From positions 372,756 to 436,755 of the forward strand of contig CAXXVO010000005.1 of assembly GCA_963422645.2 (NCBI GenBank): a DNA stretch of 64,000 nucleotides, written 5' to 3'. This stretch comes from Alphaproteobacteria bacterium (GTDB lineage Bacteria; Pseudomonadota; Alphaproteobacteria; UBA828). Made by a program: the position numbers and the translations under genes. The notes beneath the pieces were generated by a model that searched no databases, had not been told where the DNA came from, and was given only the letters and a program-made list of their open reading frames with translations. Positions 56,352 through 64,000 of this stretch are shown one piece after another; the stretch's first letter is position 1; every line of letters begins with the position of its first letter.

Positions 56352-56496
56352 GGGCGGACGAAAGTCGTTGTGAATCGGGTTAAGGGGTGGAATCAGGCGG
56401 AAGGGTACGGAAGATGGCGGAATCTCAAGGGGATGCGGGGCGTCGTCAACGGCGGGTGCGTCGCGGCGGGCGGACGAAAGTCTTTGCGAATCCGGT
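56352..56496 (+). repeat. Two imperfect 29-bp direct repeats (putative transposase binding sites)
   Basis: GGGCGGACGAAAGTCGTTGTGAATCGGGT (56352) vs GGGCGGACGAAAGTCTTTGCGAATCCGGT (56468). Confidence 0.85.
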
Positions 56497-56703
56497 CTGG
56501 AAGCGACCGTGAATCGGCTGGAAACGATGATTTTCGGGGCGTTTCAGGGGTGCTGAAAGGCCCGTAAATCGGGACGGTTTCGGGGTATCGGATTCGGTCG
56601 GAAAATCCGGTGCGGGGCGCGGGTCCGGCGGCGCCCGTTCTCGAGGCTGGCGGCGGCCCGCGCCGGGCTACGGAATCGGTCCTGGAGCGGCGGGCGCCGC
56701 CGC

Positions 56704-56711
56704 GCTAGAGT
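56704..56711 (+). promoter_or_regulatory. Putative -10 element for the tRNA-like RNA
   Basis: GCTAGAGT resembles the alphaproteobacterial housekeeping -10; ends 6 nt before the first stem base; -35 weak. Confidence 0.35.
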
Positions 56712-56717
56712 GAGCGT

Positions 56718-56788
56718 GGCGACGGAAGCATTCGCAATACTCTCATACCTTCGGGCGAGCGCGGGGGTTGTGGCCCGCCCGGCGCCGA
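56718..56788 (+). ncRNA. Candidate tRNA-like (cloverleaf) non-coding RNA convergent with MuF-nuclease
   Basis: Closing stem GGCGACGG/CCGGCGCC, arm AGCATT/AATACT, arm with C(TTCG)G tetraloop, T-like arm GCGGG/CCCGC stacked on the 3' closing strand; no TTCGA loop or CCA. Confidence 0.5.
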
Positions 56789-57883
56789 TTATTCCCCCTC
56801 CCGGTTGATCCTCGTCAAGCGCCGTCGCGCGGCTTTGAGGTCGTAGGGCTGCGCCTTATGGAGGGTCGCGAGGTAGGTCTCGGAGCCGTCCTTTGTCGCC
56901 TTGACGACGGCGCGCCGCAGGCGGCCGCTGTCTTCCATGAACCCGATGGCGACGCGCTCACCGGACGTGAACAGCTCCCCTTCGTCGAGGATGCGCTGGA
57001 CGCGGGCGTAGTCCGTGGGTTCGAGGTCCGTGTGTCTGGCGGTTTGCTTTGCGGCGCTTTCGCCGGAGAGGCGGACGGTTCGGGAGCGTGCGCCGATGGC
57101 GGCGCGGACCGGGGCGGGGAGGACGGCGAGGGGCCAGTCGGCATCGGAGGCGCCGGTAAGGTGGCGGCGGAAGAGCGCCCCGTTCCAGGGTTGGCCTATG
57201 GCGGCGCGGGCGAGTTCGTCGGGGGCGGCGTCGATCTTCCGGATCAGGCGTGCGGCGCTGTCGCGCCCCGGCCGGGCCAGGCCGACGTTGTGCTGGAAGC
57301 CGGGGTCGATGCCGATCGGGACCCGGTGGATGCGGCCGGTTCGGCGGTCGGTCCAGGAGCGCGTCCGCTCCGAACCGGAGGGCGGACCCCCGGACACCTT
57401 GTATCCGTAGCGTTCGAGGTCGTCGTCTCCGAGCTGCTGGACGATGCAGCGGCACTTCCATCCGTTGGGCGGGTAGTGGGTCTTCCAGAAGGGGTGATCG
57501 ACGGGCAGCACGGTTCCGTGCCATGCGAGGTGGTCGGGCCTGGTGCGGGCGTCCTGGACGGCGACGTAGCGGAGCCAGGGCATGGCCTCCCTGAGGCGCT
57601 CGATGCGCTCCCATCGGCCGCGGGCGTAGGCCATGCGGATGTTGGTATCGAAGATAATGCGCAGGCGGTGGGCCGAGCCGAGCTGGACGATGCGCGTCTT
57701 GCCGGTGAGGGGATCGGTCATGGGCTGCCTGCCCCACCATCCCTTGCGGACCAGGGTGGGCTGCAGCTCCTTGGCGAAGGTCTCGAAGGTTGTGCCGTCC
57801 GCGATGGCCTTGTCGGCGGCGGTGCGCAGGTCCTGGAGGATGTCGAGCTTCGCGGCCTTGGCGGCGGTGAAGGAGACCAGGTG
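56789..57883 (-). pseudogene. Phage Mu gpF-like (MuF) minor head protein with C-terminal PBECR-like nuclease domain; 5' end displaced by IS21
   Basis: FTAAKAAKLDIL, KGWWG, RL..IFDTN, DARTRPDH, HYPPNGWKCRC, GIDPGF; extra ~130-aa tail VRLS..KQ..H..DY..VVKATKDGSE.YL.TLH. Confidence 0.82.
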
Positions 57884-57886
57884 TGT

Positions 57887-58038
57887 TGTTAAGCGTGGAA
57901 AAGTGACCCCCTATTGGGGGTGATCGGCGTCCAAAATTGACCCCCTTGGATTTGTGTCCATGAACACACCTCGTCGTTTGGACGGACGGGGTGGTGGGGG
58001 AGATGCTGGTTGTGGAAACGATCGCGAAGATCCGTCGG
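57887..58038 (+). mobile_element. IS21-family left end plus first 12 codons of istA
   Basis: TGTTAAGCG..AAAGTGACCCCCT..AAAATTGACCCCCT repeats; ATG 58003 MLVVETIAKIRR then interrupted; exact first base 57884-57887. Confidence 0.75.
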
Positions 58039-58137
58039 TGAGCGTGCGCCCAGCATTTGATGGTGCGGTTTTCGGATTATTTGATGTTCGTGATGCGGCG
58101 CTTGGTTGATCTGCGAGAGCGGTGAGTGGCCTGGCTT

Positions 58138-59007
58138 TCATCGAGACCGCAGGAGCATCTCGTTCCAGTCCTTGGCGTGTCGTGGGCGCAACCTTTTCAC
58201 CCTTGGATCGTTGAGCACGAGATGCTCGGCGGCAGTGTCGCCGGCGCTGTCTGCGTCGTAGGCACAGACGATGCGACGTGGCTTCCACTCCTTGATCCAG
58301 GGCGGGACCGAGCTGGCGATGCCGGCGGTTGAGGCGACGACGGCGCCGTTCTCGCGCGTCCCCTCGACGCGCAGGCTTCGTGCAGAGATGGCGTCGACGG
58401 CGCTCTCGGTGAGGATGACGAGGGCGGGCTGGTTTCGGTCGCAGTGGAGCCAGAAGCCGCCACGCGCCTTGCGCGATCCCGGGGCCATGCCCCTGAAGCG
58501 TTTTGTTCCGGGCTGCGGCGCGGTGCCGAGGATCTCGGCGCCGGTCGTGTGCCCGCTGGCGTTTCGGCAGATGAAGACGGCGTTGATCCTGTCATCGGCG
58601 TAGAGGAGGCCTCGGCCGTGGCAGGCTTCGAGCACGTCGGTGCCGATAGCGCGTTGGCGGATGAGGGCGTCCCGGACCCTGGGCCAGGCGCGGGGACTGG
58701 GCCTTGGCAGCCGCAGGCGTCGCGGGGCGGCTGGGATGGTGGTGATCTCCCTCCGCCCCTCATGGCTTCCGAGGAAGCGGAGGGCTTCCGGGAAGCGGCA
58801 TCCCGTCGCATGGATGACGAGGTCGATGGCGCCACCCCCTCCCGTGCCGCGCAGGTGATCGAAGAACTTCTCGCCGTTGATGCTGATGACCGAGCCCCCG
58901 CGCTTGAAGCGCGCCCGGTCGGTCGGGTCTCTGCGGTAGCCGAGGGCGGCGGCGACCCGGTCGAGGGGGATGTTGCGGCAGGTGGCCAGGGGATCGCCGC
59001 CGCTCAT
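58138..59007 (-). CDS. DUF3991/Toprim primase-like protein
   Basis: GGGAIDLV..F.EAL, LTESAVDAIS, AYDADSAGD (Toprim DxD), KDWNE. Confidence 0.8.
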   Translation of the reverse strand: MSGGDPLATCRNIPLDRVAAALGYRRDPTDRARFKRGGSVISINGEKFFDHLRGTGGGGAIDLVIHATGCRFPEALRFLGSHEGRREITTIPAAPRRLRLPRPSPRAWPRVRDALIRQRAIGTDVLEACHGRGLLYADDRINAVFICRNASGHTTGAEILGTAPQPGTKRFRGMAPGSRKARGGFWLHCDRNQPALVILTESAVDAISARSLRVEGTRENGAVVASTAGIASSVPPWIKEWKPRRIVCAYDADSAGDTAAEHLVLNDPRVKRLRPRHAKDWNEMLLRSR

Positions 59008-59048
59008 TGCCGGGTCCCGGCGAAGGTCTGCTTGGAAGGGAGGCTGAC

Positions 59049-59109
59049 GGCGTTCCCGTTCCTGTACCCTTCAACGCTTAAGAGTTCCGGGAACGGGAAC
59101 GGGAACGCC
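59049..59109. repeat. GGGAAC/GTTCCC iteron-like palindrome between helicase and primase genes (copy 1)
   Basis: Perfect 14-bp IR GGCGTTCCCGTTCC / GGAACGGGAACGCC, three tandem GGGAAC, relatively AT-rich centre. Confidence 0.75.
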
Positions 59110-59619
59110 TCATCCCGCACTTCCGTTGATGGCGGCAGGGGATTGCGGCTCCCGGTGCGCCTCGGCGGCTGCGAGGCGATAGCCACCCCTGGGCGCCCGT
59201 TCGATGCGCCCCTCCCTGGTGAGGCTCTCGATGGCGGCAACGACGGTGGCGTTGCGGGCAGCGGCGCGTGAGCGGATCTGGGCTTTCGAGAGCGGCTTTT
59301 CGGCCTGCTCGATCGCCTTGAAGACGCGCTGCTCGACGGTGGCGGGCTCGTGCCTGTCTTCATCTGCCGCGTCCTGGTGCAGACGGAAGGCCGGCCCATG
59401 TCCGCCGTCGACGAGTTCCAGCTCGATGTCGTTGAGGCCCCGGGCGTCGCGCTGCTCGACCGTCATGACGATCTTCTTGTCGCGCCGGCGCAGGTACAGA
59501 TTTGAGTCACCCCAAGCGTGCAGCTCGCTGCTCCCGCGCAGGGCCTGCCCCGGCCGGGTGCCGCCGCTCTTGCGGGCGTGGTGGACGAGGAGGACGGCGG
59601 TTTCGAAGCGGCGCTGCAG
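59110..59619 (-). pseudogene. 3' part of RepA/AAA_25-type helicase gene (copy 1), cut by copy 2
   Basis: LQRRFETAVLLVHHARK..RGSSEL.AWGDS, C-terminal wHTH-like segment. Confidence 0.75.
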
Positions 59620-59690
59620 TGAGCGCGCGCGGTCTTTCAGCGGGGATCGGGGCCTGATCCGCTCGGATTTGTTGAGGTTTTGGGGCGGGT

Positions 59691-59731
59691 GCCCCTCGGC
59701 GAACTTGCAAGAAGTTCGCCGGGGGGCTTTG
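59691..59731 (+). terminator. Strong hairpin, possible intrinsic terminator inside the element end
   Basis: GCCCCTCGGCGAACTT-GCAAG-AAGTTCGCCGGGGGGC followed by TTTGT. Confidence 0.5.
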
Positions 59732-59769
59732 TCTCGTGGTGACGGTCACAATCGCCAGAGACGGCCCCA

Positions 59770-60387
59770 ATGTCGCACAACATTTTCCGCCACTCCATGC
59801 TTTGCAACGCCCTGGTCTGGGCCTGGCTGCGCGAGGTCGATGAGGCCGAGGCGGCGCGCTGCCGCGAGGCGGGCTGCCGACACTGCCCCGGCAAGCTGCA
59901 CAGCGCGACGTATCCGCGCAAGCCGTACGGTCTGGCAGCCGAGTTGAGGGAAGAGGGCACGCGGCGGTTCAGCTTCTGCTGCGCGGATTGCCGCCTGCGA
60001 GCGACCCCACCATCGGTACGATTCTTCGGGCGCCGCTTTTATCTGGGCGCCCTGTTCGTTCTGTTGAGTGCACTGGTTCTGAGAGGCGGGGTGCGGTTGC
60101 AGACGATCAAGCGGAAGTGGGGGGTCTCGGTCGCCACACTGCGCCGCTGGCGGAAGTGGTGGCTGGAGGCGTTCCCGGCGACGGAGCCCTGGGGAGCGAA
60201 GCGTGGCGAACTGGTGATGCCACCCGAGGAGGTGCCGCTGCTCTTCGTGCTGCGGCAGATGCGGGGCGGACGCTTCGGTGAGCGTCTGTTCCTGAGCCTG
60301 ATCTGGTTCAAGCCGTGGACGGGCTATTGCGGGCTCGGCGATGGCTCGGCGCCGCCCGCAGAAAGTGTTCCTGTCACGCCCGGATAG
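59770..60387 (+). CDS. Transposon-associated Cys-rich (Zn-finger) + HTH hypothetical protein
   Basis: CRHC..YPRKP..FSFCCADCR..TPPSVRF and V..ATLRRWR.WW; first gene of the element. Confidence 0.7.
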   Translation: MSHNIFRHSMLCNALVWAWLREVDEAEAARCREAGCRHCPGKLHSATYPRKPYGLAAELREEGTRRFSFCCADCRLRATPPSVRFFGRRFYLGALFVLLSALVLRGGVRLQTIKRKWGVSVATLRRWRKWWLEAFPATEPWGAKRGELVMPPEEVPLLFVLRQMRGGRFGERLFLSLIWFKPWTGYCGLGDGSAPPAESVPVTPG

Positions 60388-60436
60388 GGCGTTCTACATG
60401 GGCATCTCTCCGATGCGGCGAGGGAGGGATGCCGGA

Positions 60437-61914
60437 ATGGACAAGGACGACGCAGGCGCCAGGCGCGAGAAGTGGGCCCGGCTGCGCTTTGCGGTGGTGG
60501 GGCCGCTTCTGGCTTCACCGCCGCCTGCAGGCCAGCTGGGGGCCGAGTTCGAGCGTCTGTCGCAGCGCGACTGGGAGCACCCGTCGGGCAAGGGGCCGGT
60601 GCGCTTTGCGGCCTCGACGATCGAGCGCTGGTACTACCGGGCGCGGGCAGAGGAGCAGGACCCGGTCAAGGCGCTGCGCCGGAAGCCTCGGACCGACGTC
60701 GGCCGCGAGCGGTCCATGTCGGCGGGGCTGATCGCGGCGCTGCGCGAGCAGTACCGGGTCCATCCCTCGTGGGCGGCGCAGCTCCACTACGAGACCCTCA
60801 AGGCTCATGTTGCGACCCATCCCGAGCTCGGCCCGATGCCGTCCTACGCGACGCTGACGCGGGCGATGCGCAATCGCGGCCTGGTGCGCGAGCGCCCCAG
60901 GAAGTGGCACGAGGGTGAGGACAAGCCGGCGGTCGAAGCCCGCGAGGTCCTTAGCTACGAGGTGTCTCGCAGTCACGCGCTGTGGCACGGGGACTTCCAC
61001 CACGGCAAGCGCCGCGTGCTGACGGCGTCGGGCGAATGGCAGACGCCCATCCTGCTCGGCTTCCTCGACGACCACTCCAGGCTTGGCTGCCACCTGCAGT
61101 GGTACCTGGAGGAGACCGCCGAGGTCTTCGTCCACGGGCTCTGTCAGGCCTTCATGAAGAGGGACTTGCCCAGGTCCCTGCTGACCGACAACGGCGGGCC
61201 GATGACGGCGGGCGAGGTCGAGGAGGGCTTGCACCGCCTCGGCATCGTGGGGGCCACGACACTCGCTTACAGCCCCCATCAAAATGGAAAAATCGAGTCG
61301 TTCTGGGGCACGGTCGAGGGCCGCCTGATGGCTCAGCTCGAAGGCGTCGACGCGCTCACCCTGAAGATGCTCAACGACGCCACCATAGCCTGGCTGGAGC
61401 AGGACTACCATCGGCGGGTGCACCGCGAGCTCGGCATGACGCCGCATGAACGCCTCGCCGGGAGCGTCAAGGCATCGAGGCCCTGCCCCGCCTCGGACGA
61501 GCTCAAGGCGGCCTTCCGCATCGCCAGGAAGCGCACGCTCAGGCGCTCGGACGGCACCGTCTCGGTCGAGGGCATCCGCTACCAGGTGCCACAGCCGTGG
61601 CGCCACCTGAGGACGCTCTGGGTCCGCTATGCGCGCTGGGACCTCAGCGGCGTCGGATCTGGTGGAAGGCCGAAGCGGCGAGCGCGCTGTGCACGCTGTA
61701 CCCCCTCGACAAGCGCGGCAACGCCGATGGCGTCCGCCGTCCTGCGAGACCCGGCAGCGACCATGGCGGCGCCAGCGCGGGCGTCGGCGAACTTCCGCCG
61801 CTGCTCAAGGGCGTGCTCGACGCCCAGGCCGCAACAGGCCTGCCGCCGGCCTGGGTACCCCATAACAAGACGCCCGGTCCGGGCGAGGACGACGATCAGG
61901 GAGATCCGTCATGA
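60437..61914 (+). CDS. DDE (rve/Mu-TnsB-like) transposase; two apparent +1 frameshifts near 61655-61690
   Basis: HTH (STIERW), LWHGD, DDHSR, TDNG, NGKIE; C-terminal Mu-transposase-like beta domain. Confidence 0.85.
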
Positions 61915-62751
61915 ACCGCGAGCTGCTCACCTTCTACGGGCTCAAATGGAACCCCTTCGCCACCGACCTTCCGGTCGACAGCCTCATGGTGAGCCCCGCC
62001 GTCGACAGCTTCTGCCTCAGAATCGAGCATCATCTTGTGCGCCAGGGCGGCTTCGCGTTGATCGCCGGCGAGCCCGGCACCGGAAAGAGCGTGGCGTTGC
62101 GCGTGCTCGCCGACCGCCTCGGCCGCTCGGACGGGCTCAGGGTCTGTGCCATCACCCACCCCTCTTCCAGGCTGTCCGACTTCTACTCGCGAGATCGGCG
62201 GGATGTTCGGCGTCGACCTGATGTACAACAACCGCTGGGCCAGCTTCAAAAACCTGCGCGAGCGATGGCTCACCCATGTCGACGACACCCGCATGCGGCC
62301 CGTGGTGCTCATCGACGAGGCCCAGGAGCTGCTGCCCTCGGTGATCTCCGAGATCCGCCTGCTGGCGTCCACCGACTTCGACTCAGCGCGCCATCCTCTC
62401 GGTCGTCTTCGCGCCGGCGACAGCCGCCTGATCGACAGGCTTCCGCCAGCCCGACTTGCAGCCCATCGGCCTCGCGCCTGCGCCAGCGCCTGGTCATGAC
62501 CCAGGCAGACGCCGGCGACCTCGCGGCCCTGCTCGACCATCTGGTCGAGCAGGCCGGCAATCCGGGCCTCATGAGCGCAGAGCTCAAGGACACCCCTGGT
62601 CACCCACGCCGGCGGCAACCCCAGGGCGCTTACCGTCATGGGCGACATGCTGCTCGCCGCCGGCGCCGAGAAGAACCGCGAGGTTCTCGACGAGAAGCTC
62701 TTCATGGAGATCCTGGGCGAGCCCGCCAAGCCGAAGAGGGCACGGCGGTGA
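61911..62751 (+). CDS. ExeA/MuB/TnsC-like AAA+ ATPase (several apparent frameshifts)
   Basis: YGLKWNPF, GEPGTGKS, VLIDEAQE, AGGNPR; ATGA overlap with transposase stop. Confidence 0.78.
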
Positions 62752-63756
62752 AGGGCTTCCCGACACGGGCGCCGATGCAGCTCGAGGATCGCCCCCGGGC
62801 GCAACAGTGGATGGTGGACACGCTGTGGGCCGAGCAGGCCGTGGGCATCGTCGGCGGCGAGCCCAAGTGCGGCAAATCCCTGCTCGCGCTCGATCTCGCC
62901 GTCGCCGTGGCCACCGGCGTCCCATGCCTGCGCCACTACCGCCCCAGCGCAAGCGGGCACCGTGCTGCTCTTCGCCGCCGAGGACGCCGGCCACAGGGGT
63001 GCGCAAGCGTCTGCAGGGGATCGCCCGCGCCGCCGCCACCCCCCTTCGACGAACTCGACCATCGCCGTCATCGACGTGCCCACCCTGCGTCTCGACCGGC
63101 CCGGCGACCGTCAACGCCTGCAGCAGACCGTGGAGCGCATCGAACCGCGCCTCCTGATCCTCGATCCCCTGGTCCGCCTGCACAGCGTCGACGAGAACGC
63201 CGTCGCAGAGATCGCCCCCATACCTCGGCTTCCTGCGCGAACTGCAGCGCCGCTTCGAAACCGCCGTCCTCCTCGTCCACCACGCCCGCAAGAGCGGCGG
63301 CACCCGGCCGGGGCAGGCCCTGCGCGGGAGCAGCGAGCTGCACGCTTGGGGTGACTCAAATCTGTACCTGCGCCGGCGCGACAAGAAGATCGTCATGACG
63401 GTCGAGCAGCGCGACGCCCGGGGCCTCAACGACATCGAGCTGGAACTCGTCGACGGCGGACATGGGCCGGCCTTCCGTCTGCACAGGACGCGGCAGATGA
63501 AGACAGGCACGAGCCCGCCACCGTCGAGCAGCGCGCGTCTTCAAGGCGATCGAGCAGGGCCGAAAAGCCGCTCTCGAAAGCCCAGATCCGCTCACGCGCC
63601 GCTGCCCGGCAACGCCACCGTCGTTGCCGCCATCGAGAGCCTCACCAGGGAGGGGCGCATCGAACGGGGCGCCCAGGGGTGGCTATCGCCTCGCAGCCGC
63701 CGAGGCGCACCGGGAGCCGCAATCCCCCTGCCGCCATCAACGGAAGTGCGGGATGA
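62748..63756 (+). CDS. RepA/AAA_25-type (RecA-fold) helicase (several apparent frameshifts)
   Basis: GGEPKCGKS, LLFAAED, LLILDPL, VHHARK, RGSS; GTGA overlap with ATPase stop. Confidence 0.78.
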
Positions 63757-63819
63757 GGCGTTCCCGTTCCCGTTCCCGGAACTCTTAAGCGTTGAATGGG
63801 TACAGGAACGGGAACGCCG
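63757..63819. repeat. GTTCCC/GGGAAC iteron-like palindrome (copy 2)
   Basis: Inverted copy of 59049-59109. Confidence 0.7.
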
Positions 63820-63860
63820 TCAGCCTCCCTTCCAAGCAGGACCTTCGCCGGGACCCGGCA

Positions 63861-64000
63861 ATGAGCGGCGGCCGATCCCCTGGCCACCTGCCGCAACATC
63901 CCCCTCGACCGGGTCGCCGCCGCCCTCGGCTACCGCAGAGACCCGACCGACCGGGCGCGCTTCAAGCGCGGGTGGCTCGGTCATCAGCATCAACGGCGAG
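63861..64000 (+). CDS. DUF3991/Toprim primase-like protein (copy 2, partial)
   Basis: Matches the 5' end of 58138-59007 apart from indels. Confidence 0.7.
   Translation, partial: MSGGRSPGHLPQHPPRPGRRRPRLPQRPDRPGALQARVARSSASTA

Larger units (their letters stand above)
56349..57886. mobile_element. End of a Tn7/Mu-type transposable element (continues under nested insertions)
   Basis: TGTGGGCGGACGAAAGTC terminus at a gene break; motif repeated internally; carries a MuF gene. Confidence 0.7.
58039..59619 (-). mobile_element. Right portion of the primase/helicase-encoding DDE transposon (copy 1)
   Basis: Terminus TGAGCGTGCG at the istA break; inverted duplicate of 63241 onward. Confidence 0.7.
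59620..64000 (+). mobile_element. Primase/helicase-encoding DDE transposon (copy 2; runs past window end)
   Basis: Terminus TGAGCGCGCG; shares TCGGATT..TTGA.GTT subterminal motif with the 58039 end; five-gene operon. Confidence 0.72.

Noticed and set aside
56718-56788. Canonical tRNA gene
   Set aside because: No TTCGA T-loop, no 7-nt anticodon loop, no CCA; kept only as a tRNA-like candidate
61640-64000. Programmed frameshifting in transposase, ATPase and helicase
   Set aside because: Indels are numerous, lack slippery motifs, and are absent from the inverted copy where comparison is possible; best explained by low-coverage consensus errors or decay

Overview
GC-rich alphaproteobacterial (Rhodospirillales-like) chromosome segment. 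1-18.9 kb: catabolic genes (hydantoinase/oxoprolinase A+B, BMP-type ABC importer, two DUF1989 proteins, thiolase, acyl-CoA dehydrogenases, SDR, hydrolase) and a glutaredoxin/DinB-like gene split by an IS66 with a perfect 8-bp target site duplication (TSD). 19-23.5 kb: a second IS66 carrying a Dam-like methyltransferase passenger, and an IS1380, both hitting an AT-rich foreign gene next to parC. 23.5-38.7 kb: parC, recO, TPP riboswitch + thiZXY, cofD-cofE with F420-type oxidoreductases, small enzymes, vapBC. 38.9-56.2 kb: core block yebC-ruvCAB-ybgC-tolQRAB-pal-cpoB-tilS-ftsH-folP-glmM-thiD, brnTA and an Ada-like gene. 56.3-64 kb: nested mobile elements. A Tn7-like end interrupts a xanthine-dehydrogenase-family gene. 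Inside it, a MuF gene with a PBECR-like nuclease tail faces a convergent ~70-nt tRNA-shaped sequence (candidate RNA antitoxin). MuF is cut by an IS21, which is cut by two inverted copies of a DDE transposon encoding a target ATPase, helicase, primase and an ori-like palindrome. All calls come from reading motifs by eye; no searches were run. The last ~2.4 kb has many indels that look like consensus errors.
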